The notes under the pieces were generated by a model that was not told where the DNA came from, ran no database searches, and saw nothing but the letters and a program-made list of their open reading frames with translations. The position numbers and the translations under genes were made by a program. A stretch of 64,000 nucleotides of DNA from an uncultured Verrucomicrobiae bacterium (GTDB taxonomy: Bacteria > Verrucomicrobiota > Verrucomicrobiia > Limisphaerales > Palsa-1400): contig CAVXRD010000002.1 of assembly GCA_963764165.1 (NCBI GenBank), forward strand, positions 960,001 to 1,024,000, written 5' to 3'. Shown in pieces: positions 50,308-60,699 of the stretch (position 1 is its first letter; every line of letters begins with the position of its first letter).

Positions 50308-52839
50308 CTATCCTGCGGCGGCGGAAGCTGGCGGCGTGACGGGAACGGATTGTCCGAACAACATGTGCAGCGCTGTCAATAATTTCTCCGTTCCGTACGG
50401 CTTTGGCAGAAACGTGGTGACTCCGAGCGCCTTCAATTCCTGGGCGCGAAAACTTCCGCCCATGTCCGTCCCCAATCCGCTGGAGGCGATGATTTTCAAA
50501 TCGGGCACGAGCGGGCGCAATGTCCGAATCAGCGCCACGCCATCCATCCCGGGCATCATGATGTCGGTGATCATGGCATCAATCTTATGCCCGCCGCGGG
50601 CAAAGAATTCCAGCGCAGCCTCGCCGTTGGGAACGGTGAAGACGCGATAATTGTGCTGCTCGAGCAACTCCCCGATGCCCGCCGCCAGCTCCGGTTCGTC
50701 GTCGACGATCAGAAGCGATTCGCCCGAGCCGCGCGGCAGGGGCTGCATGATGCGCGCCGTGCTCTTTCGCGGCGCCTCCGGCGTGGCCGGCAGCCAGACC
50801 TTGAAACTGGTGCCGCGGCCAACTTCACTGTCAACTATAACAACGCCGTGGTGGCTCTGCACAATTCCCAGCGCGGTTGACAATCCCAGGCCAGTCCCCT
50901 TCCCCACCTCCTTGGTGGTAAAAAATGGATCAAAAATCCGCTCGCGGTCGGCGGCGGGAATTCCACTGCCGTTGTCAGCCACTTCAAACACCACGTAGGT
51001 GCCTGGCGCGGCGGGAGCCGGGAGGGCGTGCATGGGCTCCGCGAGCGTGGCCATGCTGGCCCGCAAGATCAATTGCCCGCCACGGGGCATGGCGTCGCGG
51101 GCGTTGACGCAAAGATTGAGCAAGACCTGGTGGATCTGCGTGCGGTCGCCGATCAGCGGCCACATGTCCGGCTGTTTTTCCACCGTGAGCGCGATGTTCT
51201 TGGGGAATGTCTGCCCAATAATCGCGGTAATTTCCGACAACAAATCGGCTGGCTTCACGGCGATGCGCTCGCCATCGATGCCCTTGCCAAAGGTCAGCAC
51301 TTGCTGGATGATCTCGGCTCCGCGCTTGACGCTTAATTCAATGCGGCCAATGGCCTTGTCGCGCTCATCGGGCGGGATGTCCCAGCGGAGGTAGCCGGCG
51401 GACATTAAAATGGGGGCCAGAATGTTATTGAGATCATGGGCCATTCCCGTGGCCAGGGTGCCGATGCCTTCGATGCGCTGGGCGCGGAGAAACTGGGCTT
51501 CGAGGCGCTTTTTCTCGGTGATGTCCGTGTCAATAATCAGGATGGATCGCGGTTCGCCCTTTTCGTTCCTCAGCAAGGTCCAGCGGCTGGAGACCACCAC
51601 CTCATGGCCGTCCTGATGGTGCTTTTTGAGTTCGCCCGTCCATTCGCCGCGCGCCAGAAGCTGGCGTTCGGCGGCGGCGACGTCCGCCTTGGTTTGCTTG
51701 GGAAACAAGGAAGGCCACAGGTTTCCAACTGCTTGCCCTGAGTTCCAGCCGTAAAGGCGTTCCGCGCCTTTGTTCCAGAATCGCACCCGGCCGGTGAAAT
51801 CGCGCACCGCAATGGCATCGCTGGCCATATCCAGCAACGCGGCCTGCTCGTGAATCCGATCCTCGGCTTTCTTCCGCTCGGTGATGTCGTTGGCCAGCGA
51901 CAGCTTGGCTTCGCGTCCCGAAAATGAAATCAGGCGGCAGGCAATTTCCGCGTCGATATATGTGCCGTCTTTTTTCAGATGCCGCACAACCAGCCCGTCG
52001 ACGGACCGCCGGGCGTTATCATCAGAAAAGCGATCCTCCACAAACGAGTAATCCTCCTGCGAATGCAGATCATGCACCGTCATGGCCGCAAACTCGTCCG
52101 CCGAATAGCCGTACTTATCAACGGCCGCCTGGTTCACCGCCAGGAATCCGCGCGTTTCCAGGTCCACCACCCACATGGGCAGGGGGTTCCTGTGGAAAAG
52201 GAGGTGATAGCGTTCTTCCGTTTCAGAAAGGGCGTCCGCGGTGCGTTTGCGCCGGATGATCTCCGTCTTGAGAGTGTCGTTGGTCTGGCGCAGGACCTGA
52301 GTGCGATCCGCCACCAGCATTTCCAATTGATCCGTCCGCAGCTTGGATTGCTGGAGCAGGCGCCATTTCTCCGTCAGCGCGGAGGCCAGCTGCAATACCT
52401 CGATGCCATCGAAGGGCTTTTTCAGAATGACGACCTGGTCGCGTCGCGGCAATTGCTGCGTCATCTGGCTCCACGAATAATCCGCGTAAGCGGTGCAAAT
52501 GACAATCTGGAGATCCGGGCACACTTGCCAGAGCCGCGTGATGGTTTCGATTCCGTCCCAGCCCGGCGGCATGCGCACATCCACGAATGCCATCCAATAC
52601 GGCCGGCCATCTTTCAGGGATTTTTCCACCAAGGCCAGACCCTCCTGTCCTTGATACGCGGAACTCATTTCAAACGCCGGAGGTTTGGACGGCTGCCCTT
52701 GCGGGCCAAAAATCGTCGCCTCCAAGTCGTCCAGCGCGGCTGAGGAGCTCGGGCAGAGAATCTTGGCAAAATCCTGGTGGATGGATCGGTTATCATCGAC
52801 GACGAGGATGCGCGGGATGGATTTTTCCGCCAGGCTCAT
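50308..52839 (-). CDS. Hybrid sensor kinase (REC-PAS-PAS-HisKA-HATPase-REC)
   Basis: ILVVDDN, FVDVRMPPGWDG, two PAS domains, MAHDLNNIL, FFTTKEVGKGTGLGL, terminal receiver TDIMMPGMDG. Confidence 0.93.
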   Translation of the reverse strand: MSLAEKSIPRILVVDDNRSIHQDFAKILCPSSSAALDDLEATIFGPQGQPSKPPAFEMSSAYQGQEGLALVEKSLKDGRPYWMAFVDVRMPPGWDGIETITRLWQVCPDLQIVICTAYADYSWSQMTQQLPRRDQVVILKKPFDGIEVLQLASALTEKWRLLQQSKLRTDQLEMLVADRTQVLRQTNDTLKTEIIRRKRTADALSETEERYHLLFHRNPLPMWVVDLETRGFLAVNQAAVDKYGYSADEFAAMTVHDLHSQEDYSFVEDRFSDDNARRSVDGLVVRHLKKDGTYIDAEIACRLISFSGREAKLSLANDITERKKAEDRIHEQAALLDMASDAIAVRDFTGRVRFWNKGAERLYGWNSGQAVGNLWPSLFPKQTKADVAAAERQLLARGEWTGELKKHHQDGHEVVVSSRWTLLRNEKGEPRSILIIDTDITEKKRLEAQFLRAQRIEGIGTLATGMAHDLNNILAPILMSAGYLRWDIPPDERDKAIGRIELSVKRGAEIIQQVLTFGKGIDGERIAVKPADLLSEITAIIGQTFPKNIALTVEKQPDMWPLIGDRTQIHQVLLNLCVNARDAMPRGGQLILRASMATLAEPMHALPAPAAPGTYVVFEVADNGSGIPAADRERIFDPFFTTKEVGKGTGLGLSTALGIVQSHHGVVIVDSEVGRGTSFKVWLPATPEAPRKSTARIMQPLPRGSGESLLIVDDEPELAAGIGELLEQHNYRVFTVPNGEAALEFFARGGHKIDAMITDIMMPGMDGVALIRTLRPLVPDLKIIASSGLGTDMGGSFRAQELKALGVTTFLPKPYGTEKLLTALHMLFGQSVPVTPPASAAAG

Positions 52840-54560
52840 AGATTGGGATCCTCAGCCGTGTCCTGCGCGGCAATGGGAAGCTTGAGCACGAATGTCGCCC
52901 CCGTGCCGGGGCCGTCGCTGACAGCCGTCAGGCTCCCTCCCATTTCGCGGGCCGCCAGGGCGCCGCTGTGCAGCGCGAAGCCGTGGCCGTTCCTGCGGGT
53001 GGTGAAGCCGTGCTCAAAAATGCGCGTCATATTCTTGGGCGCAATGCCGCAGCCGTTGTCTTTGACGTAGAGCATCACCATGCCCTCGCCGCCCGGCCCG
53101 ATTCCAAGCGTGATTGTTTTGTCGTCACTCTTCCGGTCTTCCAATGCGTACTTCGCATTGCGGATGAGGTTGACCAGAATCTGCAGCACTTTGTGTTTGT
53201 CAACTAGAATCATGGGCACGGGCGCAAACTCGCGAACCAGATGGATGCGATGGCGCTCGCACGCCCCGGCGTTGAGCCGCAGGGAATCCTCCATCAGGTC
53301 CGTCGGATTCAACATTTCGCGGACGCCCGCCACTTTGGCGTAGGCTTGCTGCATCGCGACAATTTCTTTGATATGATCGATATTGGCCCGGAGCGAGGCC
53401 AGCTCCCGCAGCACCTCCTGCTGCTCCGCAGCCAGGCTGGCGGCAAGCGCCCCGAGATACTCCGGCAGCTTGGCGCCCTTGGGGTCCTTGGTCAGAAACT
53501 CCGGCAAATCGGTCTCGTGCTCGCGAAACATGCCCGCCACCCGGCTGAGATTCGAAATCTTGGAATGCTGTATCTTCTCGGCCACCACCGACGCCGAGAT
53601 ATTGACGCTGTTTAGAACGTTGCCGACGTTGTGGAGAACGGTCGTGGCGACTTCCGCCATGCCCGCGAGCCGGGAGGTTTCAATCAGCTTCCGGTTCACC
53701 TGCTCTAATTTGACCTCGGCCTCCTTGATGAAGGTGACATCCTTGGAAACGCCAAACGTCCCGATGATTTTTCCATCCGGGCCGCGCCACGGCATTTTCG
53801 TGGAAACCACCCAGCGAAGGCGGCCGTCGGGGCGGACGCTTTTTTCGAGTTTGCCGGGGATGGCTTCGCCGGTGCGGATGATTCTCTGCTCATCTTCGAA
53901 GGCGTCACGGGCGCGTTCTTCGCTGAAGGTGTCGAAATCGGTCTTGCCGAGGAGGAATTCGCCAAATACGGCCGGATTGGCCAGATGCTTCGGAAGCTCC
54001 GCGCCGCCTGCGGTGTCATAACCCGCCCGCACGAAATCCAGCGTGCTCTCCACCTTGGAACGGCTGACACGGATGAAACGCGACTCGAGATCCTTGAAGT
54101 ATATAAAGTCCGGCGAATTGTCCAAAAGCGTCGTCAAAAGATCACGCTGATAAGCCAGGTTCGTTTCCGTCTGCTTGAGGTCGGTGATGTCTTTGTTGAC
54201 CCCAAAGGTTCCTATGATCTGGCCGGCCGTGTTGAAAAGCGGCATTTTGGACGTCAGCGCCCAGCGCTCGGTGCCGTCCTTGAGAACTTCCCGCTCTACC
54301 TGGTCCTTGAATCCCTGCCCAGTTTGCATGATGCGCTGCTCATCCTCAAACGCGCGGCGCGCGTGAACTTCATCGAAAAAATCGAAGTCCGTCTTCCCCA
54401 AAAAATCATTCAGGGTCAATCCAAAACGCGCGTAAACGGCTGGGCTGCAGCGCAGGAATCGCGACTGGCGATCTTTGAAATAGATGAAATCCGAGGAATG
54501 GCCCAGCAGCGCTTGGAGAAACTCATGGTCGTTGCCCCAAGCGGGGTTTGAGTCATTCAT
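52836..54560 (-). CDS. Cytoplasmic PAS-PAS histidine kinase
   Basis: Two PAS domains (IYFKD..GKTDFD..KMP..IIGTFG..KDIT), H-box GMAEVATTVLHNVGNVLNS, FTTRRNGHGFALH; ATGA overlap with hybrid kinase. Confidence 0.92.
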   Translation of the reverse strand: MNDSNPAWGNDHEFLQALLGHSSDFIYFKDRQSRFLRCSPAVYARFGLTLNDFLGKTDFDFFDEVHARRAFEDEQRIMQTGQGFKDQVEREVLKDGTERWALTSKMPLFNTAGQIIGTFGVNKDITDLKQTETNLAYQRDLLTTLLDNSPDFIYFKDLESRFIRVSRSKVESTLDFVRAGYDTAGGAELPKHLANPAVFGEFLLGKTDFDTFSEERARDAFEDEQRIIRTGEAIPGKLEKSVRPDGRLRWVVSTKMPWRGPDGKIIGTFGVSKDVTFIKEAEVKLEQVNRKLIETSRLAGMAEVATTVLHNVGNVLNSVNISASVVAEKIQHSKISNLSRVAGMFREHETDLPEFLTKDPKGAKLPEYLGALAASLAAEQQEVLRELASLRANIDHIKEIVAMQQAYAKVAGVREMLNPTDLMEDSLRLNAGACERHRIHLVREFAPVPMILVDKHKVLQILVNLIRNAKYALEDRKSDDKTITLGIGPGGEGMVMLYVKDNGCGIAPKNMTRIFEHGFTTRRNGHGFALHSGALAAREMGGSLTAVSDGPGTGATFVLKLPIAAQDTAEDPNL

Positions 54561-54938
54561 GCCTTCCACCCCGGCCCCATGTTCTTGGGTTTTATCCACG
54601 TGATACTTAGGATATAGTGTCAATACCCCGCCTGTTTGCAAGCTAATTCCAGCCTAGGGGGGGAGGCTGGCGCTGCCCCGTTATCGGCTGTCTGGACCAA
54701 AGACTTGAATGATTTCGGAAACGCTGTCAGGACCGATAATTATCAATTTTTGGAGAAAAACTGAGGGAAATTGAATCTTGAACGACCAAACTCGCAAAAG
54801 AGGCCCCCTGAAACGATCCAAGCGGATTGGGAGCGCGGCCGCCCTAGTCGTCCAATCCTGAGTTCTTGAGTAAATTCGGCGTTGACTTGGCAGGCGGGGA
54901 GTTTCAATTTCCTCACAGCCGTGCAGCGGCTCAAACCC

Positions 54939-55929
54939 ATGAATAGCACCGAAGCCATGTTTTCCAATAAAGCCCCGTCGACCTCGGGAGCAAAAGATGT
55001 GTTGGTTCACGTTGACGATTACACCCAGCCCACAGGCTGGGTGAACCCGGCAGACGCGGCCAGCCGCTCCCGTGAATGCTGCGCGCAATTGGAAGCGGGC
55101 AAAGTGCTTTGCTTCGAACGCATACCGTATCTTTTCCCACGCGAGAACCAGGAATTCCTGCTGTCGCAGCGCCAGACCGAATCGCGCCTGCACAAAAATG
55201 TCTCTTATCGACCGGCACAGGACATTTTGCGCGGCGCGGCCGGCGATGCCGTGGAAACGACCCGCCTGCACGACGTCATGCGGAAATATTTCGGCGGAAG
55301 TGGCGCTCTTCATCAAGCAGCTGCTCGCGCCTTACGCGGGCGAAATGGCGCTCGATTACGCCAGCTTCCGCCCCGAAGAGGAAAAAGGCCGCGACCTGCC
55401 GGTTCACAAGCGCAACGATTTGCTGCATTGCGATTCCTTCCCGACCCGCCCGATGAACGGCCGCCGGATTTTGCGCTGCTTCACAAACATCAACCCCACC
55501 GCCCCGCGCGTCTGGCACACGACCGAGGATTTCTCCAAACTCGCTTCAAAGTATGCGGAAAAGGCGGGGCTGGCCGGGTTCGCAGCCAAGGGAAGCCCCA
55601 AGGCCAATCCGCTGGTGAAGAGCATCAAGAAAGCGCTCGGCCTCAAGGCGGTGGATCATTCGGCCTATGACCGTTTCATGCTCCGTTTTCACGATTACTT
55701 GAAGGAAAATGGAGATTTTCAGGAGAACTGCCCCAAGACACGCCTTGAATTTCAACCCGGCTGGACTTGGATTTGTTACACCGATTCCGTGGCCCACGCG
55801 GTTTTGTCCGGCAGATTTGCGCTGGAGCAGACGTTTATCATCTCGGTCAATTCGCTGGTAACGCCGGAGAAAGCGCCAATCCGAATCCTAGAGAAGCTCG
55901 CTGGCAAATCACTGGCGCGCGCCGCTTGA
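54939..55929 (+). pseudogene. Kdo hydroxylase (KdoO family), frameshifted
   Basis: HKNVSYRP in the first frame; ASFRP, LHCDSFPTRP, RILRCFTNINP, SAYDRFMLRFHD, HAVLSGRFALEQT in the second; extra T at 55289-55291. Confidence 0.82.
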
Positions 55930-56002
55930 GAATCTTTGTCAGGCACCGATGTAACATAACCGTAACAATCCTGATTGACGGCTATGCTATTATTGGGAGC
56001 GA

Positions 56003-59000
56003 ATGCTAAACCATCTCGTTTCCTGCGCAAGGCGCCGCATTTTTTGCCGGGTCCATTTTACTGAGGCACTCATTTTCTTCAGTTTTGCCGTCCTGATTTT
56101 TGGCCTATCCGCCGCAAAAGCGGCGACGAACATGATGCCGATCAGCCTGACCGGCTGGAATGCCGATGTCGTCATCGAGGCGGCTGCCGCAGGTCCGCCC
56201 TTTAACAGTTACGCCTCGGAAGTGAATGCGGGCGAAGGAAATGCATATTATCAAACAGGGCTGCCGCAATACGCCTGGGGCATGCCCCCTTCGGGAACCC
56301 TTGCCAGCCTGGTTGGCGACCGGACCATATTTCAATTGCAGCCGTATACGGCCAATAACGCCCTCGTCCTTAGCCCCGACACAGGGCTGACCAATGGCAC
56401 GCTTTATTTGACAAATCCGGCGACTTACGCGCGTCTGGCGGTCCTGGCGAATTCAGCCAACGGCACCAATCAAACAGGGTCGGTCACGCTTAATTTCAGC
56501 GACGGAACGGCGGTGACCAACACGCTTTTCGCGCCGGATTGGATGAACGGCACGGTCAATGTCGCATGGTTTGGGCCGGGCCGCGTCAATTTGAGCAGCG
56601 GCGCGGACACGACCGGGCCCGAGAATCCCTGCTTTTACCAGACCACCATCAACGTCCTCGCTCTGACGGGCGGCACGAACAAAACGCTCCGCAGCCTGAC
56701 GTTCGGCAAGGCCCAGGCCAATTCGACTTTGATTTACGCCGTGAGCGGATTGCTCGCGGGCAGCACGCCACCCGGCGGGACGCCCGTCGCGGTCACTGGC
56801 TGGAATCGGGACATCATGATTGAAAACACCGCCAGTGGGCCGCCCTACGGGAATTACGCGCTGGAATTTAATCCCACCGAGGGGACCGCCTTCTACCAAT
56901 CTGGCCTGCCCGGCACCACTTACGGATTGCCGCGCAATGGCGCATTCGCCAGCGCGGTGGATTCGACGCTGTTTCAATTGCAGCCTTACACTGCCAGCAA
57001 TGCGCTGGTGATGAGCTCGGAAACGGGAATTGCGCAAGGAACGCTGACGCTCGTGGCGCCAGCGATCTACAACAGCATTGATATTCTCGCCAATTCCGCG
57101 GGCGGCGGCGGGACGCCGATGGCCACGATTTACTTTTCCGACGGCACGAGCCTGACGAATGCCTTCAATGCGCAAGACTGGTTCCTGGGATCACCGGAGA
57201 CGGCGCTGCAAGGCTTCGACCGCATCGTCATGCAATCCGGGGTGACGCAGGGCGGCCCGGTCAATCCGCAGTTTTACCAGACCACCGTCGATCTTGTCGA
57301 ACGGCTGGGAGCCGGCAACAAACCGATTTCGAGCATCACCTTCAATCAGGCAGCCGGCGCGGGCGCGACTGGCATTTACGCCTTGAGCGGCGTCCTTGCG
57401 AACCAAACCAATGGAAATTATTCGCTGCCGGTGGCGTCCATGGATGCGGCTTCGGGAATCTCCCCGCGCTCCGCCACGCTGACCGGGACGGTGACGGCGA
57501 CTGGCGGGGCCGCCCCGGAAATTATTATTTACTACGGCACGGCGGACGGCGGCACGAATGCCAGCGCGTGGGCCGCGAGCGAATTTCTCGGATTTCAATC
57601 CGGCAATTATTCCCTGCCGCTGGCCGGATTGTCTGTCAATACAACTTATTATTACCGCGCCATCGCGATTAATCCGGCAGGAGCGAGTTGGTCGGCGTCG
57701 TCGCAGAGCTTCGTGACAGCGTCAGCTTCCGACCCGGCGGTGACCAACATACCGGCATTCAACGTCGGAGCGGTGTCGGCGATTCTCTCGGGAATGGTAA
57801 CTTCCACCGGCGGCGATGCGCCTGCCGTCACGTTGTATTACGGCCTGTCCAACGGCGGAACAACCGCCGGCTCGTGGGCGAATAGCTTCACTCTGCCAGG
57901 CGTGCAGAGCGGCGTCTTTGCCGAGGCGGTGGCCGGACTCGCTCCGAATACAACCTATTATTTTACAGCCCAGGCATCCAATGCGGCCGGCACAGTGTGG
58001 GGTTCGCCGGTTCAAAGTTTTACCACTGCCTCCAACGCCATTTCGCAGACAAATCTCTTCGCCGTCCTCACGGGCCGCGACGACAACGCGCGAACGGGCC
58101 AGAATACGAATGAAACGATCCTGACTCCGGCCAATGTGAATTCAAACAGCTTTGGCAAACTGTTTTCCTATGGGTTGGATGGTTACATGATGGCGCAGCC
58201 GCTCATCCTGCCGAACGTGAACATTCCCGGGAAGGGCGTCCACAATCTCGTCATCGCCGCCACCGAGCACGACAGTGTTTACGCGTTTGATGCCGACAGC
58301 AACGCCGGTCCTAACGCCCAGCCGCTCTGGCACACCAGCTTCATCGATCCCGCCGCGGGAATTTCGCCGCTCCAATCGGCGATCGATCTGCAAGCGAGCA
58401 CATCACCGAGCTTTTACGGGCCGGAAGTCGGCATTCCCGGGACGCCGGCGATTGATGCGGTGACGGGAACCGTTTATGTCGTGGCCAAGACGAAGGAGAT
58501 TTCGGGAGGCACGTCGAATTTTGTGCATCGCCTGCACGCGCTGGACGTTTCGACCGGGGCGGAAAAATTTGGCGGGCCGGTTGTCATTGACGGGACGGTG
58601 TTCGGAGTGGGAGATGGTCTTTCGCCGCTGGATACGGTTCCGTTCTCGTCCTACAAGCACATGAATCGACCGGCGCTGCTCTTGCAGAACGGAGTTCTTA
58701 CGGTGACGTTCACCTCGCACCAGGATTTTCCGCCGTACCACGGATGGGTCTTCACTTACAACGCTTACACCTTGCAACAAACCGGTGTCTATAACACGAC
58801 TCCCAACGGTTCGGCGGGTGGTCTCTGGCAGGCGTCGAGCGGCCCCGCGGCGGACGCGAATGGGAATATTTATTTTGAAACCGGCAACGGAACTTTCGAC
58901 GCTGACAATCAAAATTATGGCGACAGCGTGGTTAAACTTTCGACGGCGGGCGGCGGATTGGATTTTGTGGATTATTTCACGCCCTACAACCAACTCATGC

Positions 59001-60694
59001 TCAATCTCCAGGACCTGGACATCGGCTCCGCCGGGTTGATGCTGCTGCCGGATTCCGCCGGGAGCGCGGCGCACCCGCATTTGCTGGTGGCGGGAAGCAA
59101 GTCTGGCGTTTTCTGGCTGCTGGATCGCGATAACCTCGGGCAATTCAACCCCTCCGGCGACACGCAAATCGTGCAGGAAATTTCCGGCGAGACGGGCGGC
59201 ATGTGGGTGACACCGGCGTATTTTAATGGCGCGATTTATTATTCCGCCACTGGCGATTATGCCAAGGAGTTCGCCATTTCCAACGGGGTGATCAACACGG
59301 CGCCATTGAGCACCTCGACAGTAAAAATTGGCTATCCAGGCTCCTCCCTGATGATCTCGGCCAACGGCACGAGCAATGCGATTGTTTGGGGAATGGAAAC
59401 CGGGGCCAACCGAAGCGGGCCTGTCGTGCTGCACGCCTACAATGCGACGAATCTCGCCAATCAGCTTTACACCAGCAGCCAAAACCTGGCCCGCGACAAT
59501 CCAGGACTCGCTGTAAAATACACGATGCCGGCGATTGCCAATGGCAAAGTGTACGTGGGGACGGCCAATTATCTTTCGGTGTTCGGCAACATCAGTTTTC
59601 TTCCTCCGCCGGTATTTTCGCCCGCGGCGGGAGTGTTCACCAATTCCGTCACCGTTTCGCTTTCAGCGTCAAATACAACATCCATTTATTACACCCTGGA
59701 CGGCAGCGTGCCGACCACCAATTCGGCGCATTACACCGCCCCGTTGGTGATCTCCAACACAATGACGGTTCAAGCCATCGCGGCGATTGCGGGCCAGATT
59801 AACAGCCCGGTCTCGACCGCCCGCTTCATCAACAGCGCCTCGCTCAGCCCATATGAATCAGCCGTGGTCGCGGCCGGGCCGCTCGGATATTGGCCCTTGA
59901 ATGAAACAGCCGGGTCAACCGCATTCGATATCGCGGGTGGCCATAATGGAACTTATATCGGCAACGTCACGCTTGGCCAGCCCGGCATTCCCGGTGAAGG
60001 ATTTGGCTCGGCTGATTATTCCGCGCTCTTCGATGGGGCAAGTGGTTACGTCGATATTCCGCCGGGGCCGTTTAATATCACCGGCGCCGTGACGGCGATG
60101 CTTTGGGTCAATGTGCCGTCGACTCCCACCCATTTTTCAGGAATGTTCGGGCATGGGGACGCTTCGTGGCGCACGAGCATCAACGGCAGCGGCCAGCCCG
60201 GGGCCGCCGACGGCGCAGCCCCGGATGCCACAAGCGCAAGTTCGATTGTCGGAAGCGGCTGGCATCTCGTCGCATATTCTTACACGGGCGCTGCGGGCGT
60301 TACAAACAGCGGCTCGCTCTATGTCGATGGCGTGTTGGTGGCTAACAACACCGTAACGACACCGGCGGGGAGCGCGATGGATGTTTGGATTGGCGGCTCG
60401 CCGGATTATGGCACGCAGCGGCTGCTGGCCGGAAGCGTGGCCAACGCGGCAATCTTCACCCGCGCGCTGACGCAAGCGCAGATTCAATCGATCTTTCACG
60501 CGAGTTCCATGGCGCTCACCGTCCCGCTGAATATTTCACGCGCCGCCGGTGGAAATATCCTTTTGACATGGCCGCAAGGAATTCTGCTGGAGTCCACCAA
60601 TCTCATCGGCCCGTGGACGACGAACAGCGCCACCTCGCCTTACATCGTCGCGCCAACTAATTCGCAGACGTTTTTCAAACTGTCGGTGAATTAA
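56003..60694 (+). CDS. Large secreted mosaic protein: 2 unknown repeats, 2 FN3-like, PQQ-like beta-propeller, CHB_HEX_C-like, LamG-like, C-terminal domain
   Basis: Signal peptide; internal duplications; RTGQNTNETILTPANV, GTPAID, LHALD..TGAEKFGGP, IANGKVYV; IYYTLDGSVP; YWPLNE..WHLVAYSY..LYVDG. Confidence 0.88.
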   Translation: MLNHLVSCARRRIFCRVHFTEALIFFSFAVLIFGLSAAKAATNMMPISLTGWNADVVIEAAAAGPPFNSYASEVNAGEGNAYYQTGLPQYAWGMPPSGTLASLVGDRTIFQLQPYTANNALVLSPDTGLTNGTLYLTNPATYARLAVLANSANGTNQTGSVTLNFSDGTAVTNTLFAPDWMNGTVNVAWFGPGRVNLSSGADTTGPENPCFYQTTINVLALTGGTNKTLRSLTFGKAQANSTLIYAVSGLLAGSTPPGGTPVAVTGWNRDIMIENTASGPPYGNYALEFNPTEGTAFYQSGLPGTTYGLPRNGAFASAVDSTLFQLQPYTASNALVMSSETGIAQGTLTLVAPAIYNSIDILANSAGGGGTPMATIYFSDGTSLTNAFNAQDWFLGSPETALQGFDRIVMQSGVTQGGPVNPQFYQTTVDLVERLGAGNKPISSITFNQAAGAGATGIYALSGVLANQTNGNYSLPVASMDAASGISPRSATLTGTVTATGGAAPEIIIYYGTADGGTNASAWAASEFLGFQSGNYSLPLAGLSVNTTYYYRAIAINPAGASWSASSQSFVTASASDPAVTNIPAFNVGAVSAILSGMVTSTGGDAPAVTLYYGLSNGGTTAGSWANSFTLPGVQSGVFAEAVAGLAPNTTYYFTAQASNAAGTVWGSPVQSFTTASNAISQTNLFAVLTGRDDNARTGQNTNETILTPANVNSNSFGKLFSYGLDGYMMAQPLILPNVNIPGKGVHNLVIAATEHDSVYAFDADSNAGPNAQPLWHTSFIDPAAGISPLQSAIDLQASTSPSFYGPEVGIPGTPAIDAVTGTVYVVAKTKEISGGTSNFVHRLHALDVSTGAEKFGGPVVIDGTVFGVGDGLSPLDTVPFSSYKHMNRPALLLQNGVLTVTFTSHQDFPPYHGWVFTYNAYTLQQTGVYNTTPNGSAGGLWQASSGPAADANGNIYFETGNGTFDADNQNYGDSVVKLSTAGGGLDFVDYFTPYNQLMLNLQDLDIGSAGLMLLPDSAGSAAHPHLLVAGSKSGVFWLLDRDNLGQFNPSGDTQIVQEISGETGGMWVTPAYFNGAIYYSATGDYAKEFAISNGVINTAPLSTSTVKIGYPGSSLMISANGTSNAIVWGMETGANRSGPVVLHAYNATNLANQLYTSSQNLARDNPGLAVKYTMPAIANGKVYVGTANYLSVFGNISFLPPPVFSPAAGVFTNSVTVSLSASNTTSIYYTLDGSVPTTNSAHYTAPLVISNTMTVQAIAAIAGQINSPVSTARFINSASLSPYESAVVAAGPLGYWPLNETAGSTAFDIAGGHNGTYIGNVTLGQPGIPGEGFGSADYSALFDGASGYVDIPPGPFNITGAVTAMLWVNVPSTPTHFSGMFGHGDASWRTSINGSGQPGAADGAAPDATSASSIVGSGWHLVAYSYTGAAGVTNSGSLYVDGVLVANNTVTTPAGSAMDVWIGGSPDYGTQRLLAGSVANAAIFTRALTQAQIQSIFHASSMALTVPLNISRAAGGNILLTWPQGILLESTNLIGPWTTNSATSPYIVAPTNSQTFFKLSVN

Positions 60695-60699
60695 CGGAA

